Assembly (NCBI GenBank): GCA_022340465.1
Contig: JAJDNW010000033.1
Location: 44,213-108,212, forward strand
Length of the DNA stretch: 64,000 bases
Source of the DNA: Deltaproteobacteria bacterium
GTDB taxonomy: Bacteria > Desulfobacterota > Desulfobacteria > Desulfobacterales > B30-G6
Reading direction: 5' to 3'
The notes beneath the pieces are model-generated. The model had not been told where the DNA came from and did no database searches. It saw nothing but the letters and a program-made list of their open reading frames with translations. The position numbers and the translations under genes are program-made. Numbering within the stretch: position 1 is the stretch's first letter; each line of letters begins with the position of its first letter. This document shows, piece after piece, positions 10,378 through 20,160 of this stretch.

Positions 10378-11191
10378 CTGGCTTTTATTAACGATCATTC
10401 TCTATTTTTTCAGTACCGCGGGTTATCTGGCATTTCTGTTTCGCCAGAAGGAGCGCCTGAACAAGATAGGCTTCTACCTGTTGCTTGCCGGTTTACTGAT
10501 GCACACGGTTTCCATTGTGTACGCGTCCATGGCCATTGGCCAACTCCCGGTTAAAAGCCTCGGTGCCACCCTGTCCATTGCCGGCTGGGCGGTTGCCGCT
10601 CTTTTCATCCTGTTCCAGCTCAAATACAACCTGAAGATCCTCGGCGTCTATGCGGCTCCGCTCTGCGCTTTGATTACGGCGGCGTCCGCCTTTGTTTCCA
10701 CGAAACCGGCTCAGGCCGATAGCATTCTAGGCAGTTACTGGATTGTTTTTCATATAATTACCGTTTTTCTGGGCGACGCCGCGTTTGCGCTGGCATGCGG
10801 TCTCGGCATCATCTACCTTATCCAGGAACGCTCCATTAAAGACAAACGACACGGCTTTTTCTTCAAACGGCTACCGTCACTGGAATTGATCGACGCCTCG
10901 GGCTATACCTGTATCGTCATCGGATTCACCTTGCTGACCGTCGGCCTGTTCAGTGGGTTTATCTACGCGAAAGCGGTTTGGGGCCGGTTCTGGAGCTGGG
11001 ATCCCAAGGAAGTCTGGTCCGGCGTCACCTGGCTCCTGTATGCCGCCCTTTTGCACGGTCGTGTCAGTCTTGGTTGGCGGGGACGCAAAGCCGCTTTTAT
11101 GGCCGTCATCGGTTTCATCGTCCTCATGTTCACTTTTTTTGGTGTTAATTTTCTGCTCAAGGGACACCACGGACCTTTTACACAAATGTAG
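10370..11191 (+). CDS. CcsA/ResC-type cytochrome c assembly membrane protein (HemX-like position next to hemA)
   Basis: Polytopic hydrophobic ORF with the tryptophan-rich motif WGRFWSWDPKEVWS. Alternative TTG start at 10364. Confidence 0.75.
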   Translation: MNSWLLLTIILYFFSTAGYLAFLFRQKERLNKIGFYLLLAGLLMHTVSIVYASMAIGQLPVKSLGATLSIAGWAVAALFILFQLKYNLKILGVYAAPLCALITAASAFVSTKPAQADSILGSYWIVFHIITVFLGDAAFALACGLGIIYLIQERSIKDKRHGFFFKRLPSLELIDASGYTCIVIGFTLLTVGLFSGFIYAKAVWGRFWSWDPKEVWSGVTWLLYAALLHGRVSLGWRGRKAAFMAVIGFIVLMFTFFGVNFLLKGHHGPFTQM

Positions 11192-11300
11192 GGTTCGGTG
11201 TCTGGTTTTTTGTATTTGGTGTTTGGAAAATGCCGCCGGGTAGCACCGTCGGCAGCGGATATCCTGCAACACACAACATACAAAACACAAAAAAACCAAT

Positions 11301-12569
11301 ATGCAAGATATCGTCTTAATCGGATTGAATCACAACACCGCCCCGGTGGAACTCAGGGAATGCATCGCATTTCCGGAAGGGGAAATACAGGTGGCCCTGG
11401 CCCGCCTTGCCGATATACCGGTTATCGAGGAAGTTATGCTGATCTCCACCTGCAACCGCATGGAAATATTGTTGATCAGCAAGAATCGACAGGAAGCCGT
11501 TCAGAAAAGCAAACAGTTCCTTTCTTGCTTCAAAGCGCTTCCCATCCGGCAGTTCGATGATGCCCTCTATGTCCTGGAGGGGGAAGACGCCGTACGGCAT
11601 GTTTTCCGGGTCGCATCGAGTCTGGATTCCATGGTCCTGGGGGAGCCTCAAATTTTGGGTCAAATCAAATCCGCCTATCTGGCAGCGACCCAATCCAAAA
11701 CCTCCGGCGTCATCCTCAACCGGCTGCTGCACCGAACCTTTTTTGTGGCCAAACGCGTTCGCAGCGAAACAGGCATCGGCGACAACGCCGTCTCAATCAG
11801 TTATGCCGCCATCGAACTGGGTCGCAAAATATTCGACAGCCTGAAGGATAAAAAGGTCCTGCTGGTCGGCGCCGGAGAGATGGCAGAACTGGCGGTCGAC
11901 CATCTGATCCGGCACAAGGCCACCGATATTTTCGTCGCCAACCGCACCTTCGAGCGGGGCGTTCATCTGGCGAAGAAATTCAACGGCCGGCCCCTGCGCT
12001 TCGAAGAAATACCGGCAATGCTGCGCACGGTGGATATTATCATCAGTTCGACCGGGTCCTCCGATTTCATCATCCGAAGAAAACAGGTCAAGGAGGCCAT
12101 GAAAAAGCGGCGCAACAGCCCCCTGTTTTTCATAGACATTGCGGTTCCCCGCGATATCGATCCGGAAATTAACCGGCTGGACAATGCGTATGTATACGAT
12201 ATCGACGATCTTAAAGGCGTCATCGAAGAAAATCTGGAAGACCGCAAAAAGGAAGCCGGAAAGGCGGAGCGTATCATCGACGAAGCTGTCATCCGCTTCC
12301 GCGAGTGGTACTTAAATTTGGACGTCGTTCCGACCATTGTCGCCCTGCGCGGTAAAATGGAAAGCATCGCCCTAACGGAGCTGGAAAAAACGCTGCAATC
12401 GCTCGGCCACCTGACCGATGCGGACCGTGACGCCATGCTGCGCATGACCCAGGCCATGATCAAAAAAATCATGCACCATCCCACGCAGCTATTGAAAAGC
12501 GACAGCCCGCACATCAACAAGGCCTCCTATCTCGATTTCGCGAGACGCCTTTTCAAACTGGACGAATAA
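11301..12569 (+). CDS. hemA: glutamyl-tRNA reductase
   Basis: IGLNHNTAPVELRE, catalytic-Cys segment STCNRMEILL, NADPH motif VGAGEMAE. Confidence 0.95.
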   Translation: MQDIVLIGLNHNTAPVELRECIAFPEGEIQVALARLADIPVIEEVMLISTCNRMEILLISKNRQEAVQKSKQFLSCFKALPIRQFDDALYVLEGEDAVRHVFRVASSLDSMVLGEPQILGQIKSAYLAATQSKTSGVILNRLLHRTFFVAKRVRSETGIGDNAVSISYAAIELGRKIFDSLKDKKVLLVGAGEMAELAVDHLIRHKATDIFVANRTFERGVHLAKKFNGRPLRFEEIPAMLRTVDIIISSTGSSDFIIRRKQVKEAMKKRRNSPLFFIDIAVPRDIDPEINRLDNAYVYDIDDLKGVIEENLEDRKKEAGKAERIIDEAVIRFREWYLNLDVVPTIVALRGKMESIALTELEKTLQSLGHLTDADRDAMLRMTQAMIKKIMHHPTQLLKSDSPHINKASYLDFARRLFKLDE

Positions 12570-12570
12570 T

Positions 12571-12592
12571 AAAAGCGTGACCCACGCTTTTA
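12571..12592 (+). terminator. rho-independent terminator after hemA
   Basis: AAAAGCGTG-ACC-CACGCTTTT directly after the stop. A second hairpin GCGGC-TTC-GCCGC follows at 12597-12609. Confidence 0.7.
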
Positions 12593-12796
12593 TGAAACGC
12601 GGCTTCGCCGCTGTTAATTATATTAGGAAACGTAAGAACATTTACCCGGTACGCCGGTCAGTCGAGGGACGATATGGTCCTGGTCGTGAAACTGTCTGAT
12701 GTTTTTAGGCCATAAATCCAAGTGCCGTTTTTTTGTGTTTTCATGATAAAGCATTATCCGAAAAACGGCAACTGTTCCATTTTTAAAAGGTGATCC

Positions 12797-13735
12797 ATGA
12801 AAAAAATTGCATTTCTTTTCCCGGGACAGGGGTCTCAGAAAGTCGGTATGGGGGCTGATTTATACAACGAATACAGTTCGGTAAGAGAACTGTTCGACAT
12901 GGCGGAGGAAACGGTAAGGCTCGACCTTTCCAAAATCTGTTTCCAGGGTCCCATGGACCGGCTGACCGCCACGATCAACCTTCAACCGGCCCTGACGGTG
13001 GTGAACCTGGCGGTTTTGGATATCCTCCTCAAGGCCGGTGTCCACCCCCATATAACCGCCGGACACAGCCTGGGTGAATACAGCGCCCTTTATACAGCCC
13101 GGATCGTTTCACAGGAATCCGTCTTCTCGATGGTCATGAAGCGGGGCGAACTGATGCATCGCGAGGCGCAGCGCCATAACGGCGCCATGGCGGCCCTCAT
13201 CGGGCTGGATGTCGATCAGGTACGAGCTATTCTGCCCGCCGCCCGGGAACATGGTACCGTTTCCATCGCCAACCACAATATGCTGCAGCAAATCGTCATT
13301 ACCGGAACGCCCCGATCCGTGCAGGCAGCGGCGGAACTCGCCAGCGCACAGGGTGCGCGCGCGGTGCCCCTCAACGTCAGCGGTGCCTGGCACAGCGAGC
13401 TGATTAGAGGGGCGCAAGAAGACTTCCGTGAACACGTGGAAGCCATTGCCTTCAACAGCCCCGCCATTCCCCTTATCCACAATGTAACCGCCGATGGTAT
13501 CGACGATCCTGCAGAGATAAAGGAAACCATGGTTCAACAGCTGTGCAGCCCGGTGCGGTGGTACGACACCATGAACAGATTGATGAAAGAAGCGGTGGAG
13601 GTCTTCGTGGAGGCAGGCCCGGGGAAGGTGCTCAGCGGCCTTTTGCGCAAAACCGTACCCAAAAGCTACCCCTGCCGGCTGTACGCTGTAAACGATTTGA
13701 AATCATTGGAAATGTTTATAAAAGAGGTGTTATAG
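12797..13735 (+). CDS. fabD: malonyl-CoA:ACP transacylase
   Basis: FPGQGSQ start and GHSLGEYSA active-site serine motif, 312 aa. Confidence 0.9.
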   Translation: MKKIAFLFPGQGSQKVGMGADLYNEYSSVRELFDMAEETVRLDLSKICFQGPMDRLTATINLQPALTVVNLAVLDILLKAGVHPHITAGHSLGEYSALYTARIVSQESVFSMVMKRGELMHREAQRHNGAMAALIGLDVDQVRAILPAAREHGTVSIANHNMLQQIVITGTPRSVQAAAELASAQGARAVPLNVSGAWHSELIRGAQEDFREHVEAIAFNSPAIPLIHNVTADGIDDPAEIKETMVQQLCSPVRWYDTMNRLMKEAVEVFVEAGPGKVLSGLLRKTVPKSYPCRLYAVNDLKSLEMFIKEVL

Positions 13736-13969
13736 ATCTTCCGGTTCGACCCATACGATATGTTCTTTATTGATGAAACGGGTTTTTCCCACGACATCCT
13801 TGAGGACAACATCCACCATGATGATAAAGGGGACGTCCCGTTGGGTAAAGAGATCCGAAACCCGCTGATCGGGAGAAATGTTGACCTTGCCGTTAAAGGT
13901 CGACCCGTCGATCGTTCTTACGGTTATGGACCGGTACTCTGTTTGGTATTCCTTGTTCTGGTCGTTCAT
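13730..13969 (-). CDS. small hypothetical protein (79 aa)
   Basis: MNDQNKEYQTEYRSITVRTIDGSTFNGKV..IVWVEPEDL, preceded by SD AAGGAA. The longer 128-aa track ORF has an AT-rich, Cys/Asn-rich N-terminus that looks non-coding. Confidence 0.45.
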   Translation of the reverse strand: MNDQNKEYQTEYRSITVRTIDGSTFNGKVNISPDQRVSDLFTQRDVPFIIMVDVVLKDVVGKTRFINKEHIVWVEPEDL

Positions 13970-14145
13970 ATTACCGTTCCTTTTGCATTGTAAAACACCA
14001 CGGTTATTATCAATATTACCCATCCCTTTCCATACGTCATCCACTATATTCTGGCAATACATATTACTACATTTCCCTGACAGGTCCATTGTTTTATTTT
14101 TTGCTTTACAAAGCAAATTTGTTGTGGTAGCGATTATTCTTTTTT

Positions 14146-14163
14146 AGATCTAAAAATAGATCT
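14146..14163. promoter_or_regulatory. 18-bp palindrome upstream of dksA
   Basis: AGATCTA-AAAA-TAGATCT, 20 nt before ATG 14183. A second inverted repeat TTTGCTTT-AC-AAAGCAAA lies at 14100-14117. Confidence 0.35.
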
Positions 14164-14182
14164 TCTGGTCAAGGATATTATT

Positions 14183-14545
14183 ATGAATAAAAAAGATACC
14201 GAATACTTCAAGGACTTGCTGACCAACCGCCTGGAAGACCTGTTGAATCAGGCTGACGATACCGTTTCCGGCATGACCACGCCGAAAGAAAACTTTCCCG
14301 ACCCGACGGATCGCGCCTCACTCGAATCCGATCGGAATTTCATGCTCCGGATACGGGACAGGGAAAGCAAACTGATTAAAAAAATAAAAAAAGCGCTCGC
14401 CCGTATCGAAAACGGCACCTTCGGCATTTGCGAAAAGTGTGGTGAAGACATCTCTAAAGAGCGACTGAAAGCCCGTCCGGTCACCACTCAGTGTATTGAC
14501 TGCAAAACCAAAGAAGAAGCTTTCGAAAAAGCCCTTGGATTATAG
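14183..14545 (+). CDS. dksA: DksA/TraR family C4 zinc-finger transcription factor
   Basis: CEKCGEDI..CIDCK zinc finger, coiled-coil N-terminal half with acidic tip region, 120 aa. Confidence 0.85.
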   Translation: MNKKDTEYFKDLLTNRLEDLLNQADDTVSGMTTPKENFPDPTDRASLESDRNFMLRIRDRESKLIKKIKKALARIENGTFGICEKCGEDISKERLKARPVTTQCIDCKTKEEAFEKALGL

Positions 14546-16118
14546 CGAACAGGCCGGGATAGACCTTCACATACATTCCACAGCTTCCGATGGTACGTTA
14601 TCGCCGCCGGAAATTGTGTCGATGGCCGCGGACCTCGGTCTGGGCGCTATTGCCATCACCGACCACGACACCATTGCCGGCTCCCGGGAAGCATTGAATC
14701 TCGACATCCCCGATACCCTTCAATTTGTAACCGGTGTTGAAATCAGCGCGACCCCCCTCATAGAGGGGAGCAAAGACAGCAGCTACCACATTTTAGGGTA
14801 TTTCATCGACCTTGAAGATTCGACCCTGAACAACCTGCTAAAAAAACTCCAGGGTGCCCGCAGCCAAAGAAATCCTAAAATCATAAAAAAACTGAAGGCC
14901 CTGGGGTTTGACCTCACCCTCAAAGCGGTGCGGTCGCTTGCCGGAAACGGCCAAGTCGGCAGGCCCCACATTGCCCAGGCCATGCTGAACATGGGATACG
15001 TCGCATCCATCGACGACGCCTTCGACACCTATCTGAGCAAGGGAAAACCGGCATATGTGGACAAGTTCCGCATCGATTGCAGTGAAGCAATTCAGACGAT
15101 CGTCGGTGCCGGCGGCATTCCTGTCCTGGCCCACCCGGGGTTGTTGCAGTTAAACCGTGACGAAGACCTGCATGGCCTGGTTGCGTCCCTTAAGGAGATG
15201 GGCCTGGTGGGCCTCGAAGTTCTATATCCCCAACATACCAAAAAACAGGTAGGCGGCTACATGGCCCTGGCCGAAGATCTGGGCCTGCTTATCACCGGCG
15301 GCACGGATTTCCACGGCGCTCTGCATCCGAACATCGCCATGGGAAAAGGCGGCGGGTCCCTGTTTGTTCCTTACAGGCTTTATGAAACCATGTGCCGCCG
15401 GCATACCGAAATTTCCGCCGGACGCAAGGCGGAGAAGGCCCTGGGATACACGTTTCAAGACCCGGACCTCCTGCTGGAAGCCTTGAGCCACAGTTCCTTC
15501 GTCAATGAACATATCGACCCTGACCGACGTGACAATGAACGATTCGAATTTTTAGGAGACGCCGTACTGAATCTGATCGTGGGCGACCTTTTGATGCAGC
15601 ATGACCCGGCGTTGAGGGAGGGCGACCTCACCCGCATACGCGCCGCTATGGTAAACGAGCAGCAACTGGCCGATTTGGCCAGGTCCATTGCTCTCGGCGA
15701 TCATATTCTGCTTGGCAGAGGCGAATCCAAAACCGGCGGGAAAAACAAAAGCTCGATCCTGGCGGACACGCTGGAAGCCATCATCGCCTCCATCTATCTG
15801 GATGGTGGCTTTCCGTCTGCTTTTCGATTCGTTAAAAAACATTTCGCGCCCCTGATTCAACCGCTGGTCAACACTATCAACGCGCAGGATTATAAAAGCG
15901 AACTTCAGGAGTTTGTCCAATCCCGTCACGACCCGGTTCCGGTTTATACCCAGTATGACGCGAGCGGTCCGGATCACGATAAGATTTTCCGCTTTCACCT
16001 TGAAGCCTGCAACATTCGCACCAGGGGTATCGGCAAAACCAAAAAAGCGGCCGAGCAGGATGCCGCTAGAATCGCACTCCAAATTCTACGTCGCGGCGCT
16101 CGTGAAAAAAAGGCTTGA
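14496..16118 (+). CDS. rnc: PHP-domain phosphoesterase fused to ribonuclease III
   Basis: Single 540-aa ORF. PHP motifs DLHIHSTASDG, ITDHD, GGTDFHG. Then RNase III ALGYTFQDPDLLLEALSHSSF, ERFEFLGDAVL, ADTLEAIIASIYLDGG and a dsRBD (YKSELQEF..KKAAEQDAARIALQIL). Possible TTG start at 14535. Confidence 0.85.
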   Translation: MTAKPKKKLSKKPLDYSEQAGIDLHIHSTASDGTLSPPEIVSMAADLGLGAIAITDHDTIAGSREALNLDIPDTLQFVTGVEISATPLIEGSKDSSYHILGYFIDLEDSTLNNLLKKLQGARSQRNPKIIKKLKALGFDLTLKAVRSLAGNGQVGRPHIAQAMLNMGYVASIDDAFDTYLSKGKPAYVDKFRIDCSEAIQTIVGAGGIPVLAHPGLLQLNRDEDLHGLVASLKEMGLVGLEVLYPQHTKKQVGGYMALAEDLGLLITGGTDFHGALHPNIAMGKGGGSLFVPYRLYETMCRRHTEISAGRKAEKALGYTFQDPDLLLEALSHSSFVNEHIDPDRRDNERFEFLGDAVLNLIVGDLLMQHDPALREGDLTRIRAAMVNEQQLADLARSIALGDHILLGRGESKTGGKNKSSILADTLEAIIASIYLDGGFPSAFRFVKKHFAPLIQPLVNTINAQDYKSELQEFVQSRHDPVPVYTQYDASGPDHDKIFRFHLEACNIRTRGIGKTKKAAEQDAARIALQILRRGAREKKA

Positions 16119-17157
16119 TCGCCAGCAAACCAAACCGTTCATTATCCCGGTGTTCATCCCGCACGCGGGATGCCCCCATCGTTGCGTCTTTTGCAACCAG
16201 AAAGCGATCGCCGGTGATGCCGCTGGAACCATTTCGATATCGGCGGTGCAAAAACAGATCCGGCAATATCTGACCTACCGGAAAAAAAAACACCGCCGCG
16301 TGCAGATTTCTTTTTATGGCGGCAACTTCCTGGGATTGCCCCGTGAAACCATCCGCTCCCTGCTCGAAGAAGCGTGCGGCTTTATCGCTCCGGGCCAGGC
16401 CCAGAGTATCCGCTTTTCCACCCGGCCCGACACCATTTCACCGGAAAAGCTGGAACTGCTCAGCCACTATCCGGTTCGCACCATTGAAATCGGGGTCCAA
16501 TCCATGGATGACAGGGTGCTTGCCGAGTCGGAACGGGGCCACTCGGCCAAAGACACCGAACATGCCGTGGGTATGCTGAAAGACACGTCTTACGAAATCG
16601 GTCTGCAGATGATGGTCGGTCTCCCTAGCGACGACCGCGCGTCCACGTGGGCGACCGCCCGAAAAATTGCCGCCATGGCGCCTGATTTCGTACGTATATA
16701 CCCTGCGGTAGTGCTTGAAAACAGCCGGCTGGCACAGTGGCATGCCGACGGCAAATTCACGCCCTTGACCACCGAGGAAGCCGTCCAACGCGTTAAAAAA
16801 ATCTACCGGCTCTTTCAACGTCTTTCGATAGCGGTGGTGCGCATGGGACTGCAGGCTTCAGAGGTGCTGGATGCCGGGAGTGTTCTGGCCGGCCCCTACC
16901 ACCCGGCCTTCGGCCATCTGGTGCTCTCCAGCATATGGCTGGACAGGGCCTCGGCATTGTTGGCAGGGCAAAAGACGGCTGGCGGCAGCGCCGTGTTCAG
17001 GGTTCGCCCGGAAAACATATCCAGGCTAAGGGGCCAGCACAACCACAATATCCAAAAATTGCGGCAGGGATTTCAATTGAAGACCATTGCCGTGATAGCG
17101 GATGAAAAAATGGCGGAAGATGCCCTTCGTATCGATATGGAAGATGTAACGTATTGA
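16060..17157 (+). CDS. radical SAM protein (ELP3/HemN-like family)
   Basis: PVFIPHAGCPHRCVFCNQ (CxxxCxxC). The track ORF from 15913 overlaps rnc. Plausible starts are ATG 16060 or GTG 16102. Confidence 0.75.
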   Translation: MPLESHSKFYVAALVKKRLDRQQTKPFIIPVFIPHAGCPHRCVFCNQKAIAGDAAGTISISAVQKQIRQYLTYRKKKHRRVQISFYGGNFLGLPRETIRSLLEEACGFIAPGQAQSIRFSTRPDTISPEKLELLSHYPVRTIEIGVQSMDDRVLAESERGHSAKDTEHAVGMLKDTSYEIGLQMMVGLPSDDRASTWATARKIAAMAPDFVRIYPAVVLENSRLAQWHADGKFTPLTTEEAVQRVKKIYRLFQRLSIAVVRMGLQASEVLDAGSVLAGPYHPAFGHLVLSSIWLDRASALLAGQKTAGGSAVFRVRPENISRLRGQHNHNIQKLRQGFQLKTIAVIADEKMAEDALRIDMEDVTY

Positions 17158-17216
17158 GATCTGACGGGTCAAAACGTCAAGAAAACAATTCTACAACAAA
17201 TGGGTGCCCGTTGTCG

Positions 17217-19619
17217 TTACATGTCCAGCTTGTAGAAATCCGATGCTTCCGTTACGGTGTCCGGTTTTGGGGTGTATTCCGTGGGAACGGTCCCCTCCTT
17301 GAAGCATTCGAATATGGTCTTTTTTGATTCGGGTATGGGCAAAAGACCGGTTTCGGCATCGATCTTGGCAAAAACGACCCCTTCGGGAACCGGAAAAACC
17401 TTGATCGGCTTATCTTTCAGGATGGTCTTCATAAACCCGAGCCAGATGGGGCTGGCGGCACGCGACCCGGTCTCGGACTTGCCCAGGGAAGCCTCCTCGT
17501 CGAAGCCGACCCATACCCCTGTCGTGTAACGGGGCGTATAGCCCATGAACCAGGCGTCGAAAAGGTCGTTGGTCGTTCCGGTCTTGCCGGCCACCGGCCG
17601 CTTTAGCGCCTTTACCCGGTGTCCGGTCCCGTGTTGAACAACGCCTTCCAGCAAATTGGTCATGATGTAGGCCGTGCTTTTGTCCAGGACCTTTTCCCGT
17701 ACCGTGGCCGCCTCCTCCAGCACGTTGCCGTCGCGGTCGACAATTTTGGTTATGAAAACCGGCTGCACCAGGTATCCCTGGTTGGCGAACACCGAATAGG
17801 CATTGACCAGTTCAAGCAGGGAAACCCCCGACGATCCCAATGCAATGGAAAGGTTGTCGCTCAGCGGGGATGTGATCCCCAGGCGCCGGGCATAATCGAG
17901 GCAATAGTCGATGCCGATGTCCTGCAGAATCTTAATGGTGACCACGTTCCTCGATTTGGCAAGCGCCTCGCGAAACAGGGTCGGCCCGTAAAATTTTTTA
18001 CCGTAGTTCTTGGGTTTCCAGGTAAAATCCATCTGTTCATCTTTAAAAACAATGGGCGAATCGATAATCATTGTCGCCGGCGTATACCCCTTGTCCAGGG
18101 CGGCGGCGTATATGACCGGTTTGAAAGCCGATCCGGGCTGCCGGCGCGACTGCACGGCACGGTTGAACTGGCTTTCATGAAAATCCCGCCCCCCGATCAT
18201 CACTTTTACGTGGCCGGTTTCTCCCTCTATGCAAAGGAGAGCGGCTTCCACCAATGGCTTCTGCTCCAGCAACAGCTCCCAAAGACCTGATTCTTCATCC
18301 TTTTCAACCGCCTTGACGAGAATGACATCCCTGACCTCCAACACCCGGCTCGGGTGTCTGACCTTGACACGATAAAAAGCGACATCGGGGTTCGGTTTTC
18401 TGGCCCAGCTCATGGTGTCGACCCTGATCACCCCCTGCTCCCTGCCCAGGCGGACAAGCACTTCACCTTTCTTGTCGTCCACCCTGATGACGACCCCTTC
18501 GGTAACCGTCCCGGCTTCCAGCGGGTGCTCCAGCAGCGTGTCTTCCAGTTCCTTGGAAAATGCCTCCAGCTCCTCTTTTTTCAATCGCCTGAGCGGCCCC
18601 CGATACCCCTGACGTTGATCGAGGGCATGCAACCCTTTTTCCACTTCGACGCGTGCGGCCTTCTGCATTTCAATGTTCACGGCAGTGTGAACTTGAAGCC
18701 CTTCCCGGTACAGCATTTCAGGACCGTACTTTTGCTCGATGTAGCGGCGCACGTGCTCCGTGTAGATGGGGACCTTTTCAATATACCAGTTCCGTCGCGG
18801 TTTGATATCCAGTTCCGTATTGATGGCTTCGGTTGCCTGCATATTGGTAATGAAGCCCTCGGCGACCATGCGGTTTAAAACATATATTTGCCGTTGCTTG
18901 GCCCGCTCCGGATAATGGAAGGGCGAGTAGCGGCTGGGTGCCTGCGGCAACCCGGCCAATATGGCGCATTCGGCCAGATTCAGATCCTTGACGGCTTTTC
19001 CAAAATAATTCTCCGCAGCCGCCTCCACCCCGTAGGCCCCATGCCCCAGATAAATCTGATTCAGATACAGATAGAGAATTTCCGCCTTGGTGAAGGTCTT
19101 GTCAATGCGGTAGGCCAGGATCGCCTCCCTTATTTTACGCCGGTAGCTTCTTTCCGGTGTCAGGAGGAAAGATTTGGTTACCTGTTGGGTGATGGTGCTG
19201 CCGCCCTGCACAATGGTACCCGCCTCGAGATTTTTTAAAAACGCCCGGACAATGCTGACGATATCGACCCCCTTGTGCTTGTAAAAGCGGGCGTCTTCCG
19301 CCGCTATAAACGCCTCTTTCAACATACGCGGGATATCGGACAACGGCACCACAAGGCGGCGCTCCTTGTAAAATTCACCGATCTTGCGGTTGTCGTCGGA
19401 ATAGATCGCCGTTATGATCGACGGACGATAGGCGGAAAGGGAGGAAATTTTAGGCAGGTCGTCACCCAGGTAACGGTAAACGCCGTAACCGACGGCCGCC
19501 AGGCCCAACAGCATCACCAGGGAAAAAACCAGCGTCCAGCGGAACATTCTGAAGAACAACCCCCTGGGTTTTTTTGTCACTTTTTTTCGGGAATTTTTTT
19601 CGTTTTTTTTTTCGGACAT
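17217..19619 (-). CDS. mrcA: penicillin-binding protein 1A (bifunctional glycosyltransferase/transpeptidase)
   Basis: N-terminal TM anchor. GT51 motifs EDARFYKHKG and GGSTITQQ. Transpeptidase motifs SAFKP and KTGTT. Confidence 0.9.
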   Translation of the reverse strand: MSEKKNEKNSRKKVTKKPRGLFFRMFRWTLVFSLVMLLGLAAVGYGVYRYLGDDLPKISSLSAYRPSIITAIYSDDNRKIGEFYKERRLVVPLSDIPRMLKEAFIAAEDARFYKHKGVDIVSIVRAFLKNLEAGTIVQGGSTITQQVTKSFLLTPERSYRRKIREAILAYRIDKTFTKAEILYLYLNQIYLGHGAYGVEAAAENYFGKAVKDLNLAECAILAGLPQAPSRYSPFHYPERAKQRQIYVLNRMVAEGFITNMQATEAINTELDIKPRRNWYIEKVPIYTEHVRRYIEQKYGPEMLYREGLQVHTAVNIEMQKAARVEVEKGLHALDQRQGYRGPLRRLKKEELEAFSKELEDTLLEHPLEAGTVTEGVVIRVDDKKGEVLVRLGREQGVIRVDTMSWARKPNPDVAFYRVKVRHPSRVLEVRDVILVKAVEKDEESGLWELLLEQKPLVEAALLCIEGETGHVKVMIGGRDFHESQFNRAVQSRRQPGSAFKPVIYAAALDKGYTPATMIIDSPIVFKDEQMDFTWKPKNYGKKFYGPTLFREALAKSRNVVTIKILQDIGIDYCLDYARRLGITSPLSDNLSIALGSSGVSLLELVNAYSVFANQGYLVQPVFITKIVDRDGNVLEEAATVREKVLDKSTAYIMTNLLEGVVQHGTGHRVKALKRPVAGKTGTTNDLFDAWFMGYTPRYTTGVWVGFDEEASLGKSETGSRAASPIWLGFMKTILKDKPIKVFPVPEGVVFAKIDAETGLLPIPESKKTIFECFKEGTVPTEYTPKPDTVTEASDFYKLDM

Positions 19620-19785
19620 GGTTCCTGCTTTCGCTTCTGAAAAATGTAAGTGATATTTCTACAATAACAAGAGCTTTTAAACAAGTCTAAAAAATAAATT
19701 GACTTAAGAGCATGCTGCGGTTATTGAATCTAGTTTACATAACGACAATCGACTATAATCGTTTTTCAACTGGCAGGTTGTAACC

Positions 19786-20160
19786 ATGATCGAATTAAAT
19801 TTTGAAAAAACCGGTGGATTGCTCCCGGCTATCGTCCAGGAAGCCGAAACCGGTGACGTCCTGATGCTGGCATACATGAACCGAAAGGCCTGGGAAGCCA
19901 CGCTGTCAACGGGCAAGGCTACCTTTTTCAGCCGTAGCCGCCAGGAATTATGGGTAAAAGGTCTGACGTCCGGGAATGTCCAGATCGTCAAAGAAATTCG
20001 TATAGACTGCGACGACGACACCGTTTTGTTGAAGGTCGAGCAGGTCGGCGGGGCTGCCTGCCACACAGGACACAAGAGTTGTTTTTTCAAGCAGGTCAAA
20101 AACGGGGCAGTTACCGTTGTCGGCCGGCCGCTTTTTGACCCCGAGGAGGTCTACAAGTAA
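19786..20160 (+). CDS. hisI: phosphoribosyl-AMP cyclohydrolase
   Basis: [22 protein letters not shown] and [21 protein letters not shown] motifs. Confidence 0.9.
   Translation: MIELNFEKTGGLLPAIVQEAETGDVLMLAYMNRKAWEATLSTGKATFFSRSRQELWVKGLTSGNVQIVKEIRIDCDDDTVLLKVEQVGGAACHTGHKSCFFKQVKNGAVTVVGRPLFDPEEVYK

Noticed and set aside
15913-16059. Upstream part of the radical-SAM ORF overlapping rnc
   Set aside because: It lies within the dsRBD-coding end of rnc in another frame. The radical-SAM family N-terminus begins shortly before PVFIPHAGC.
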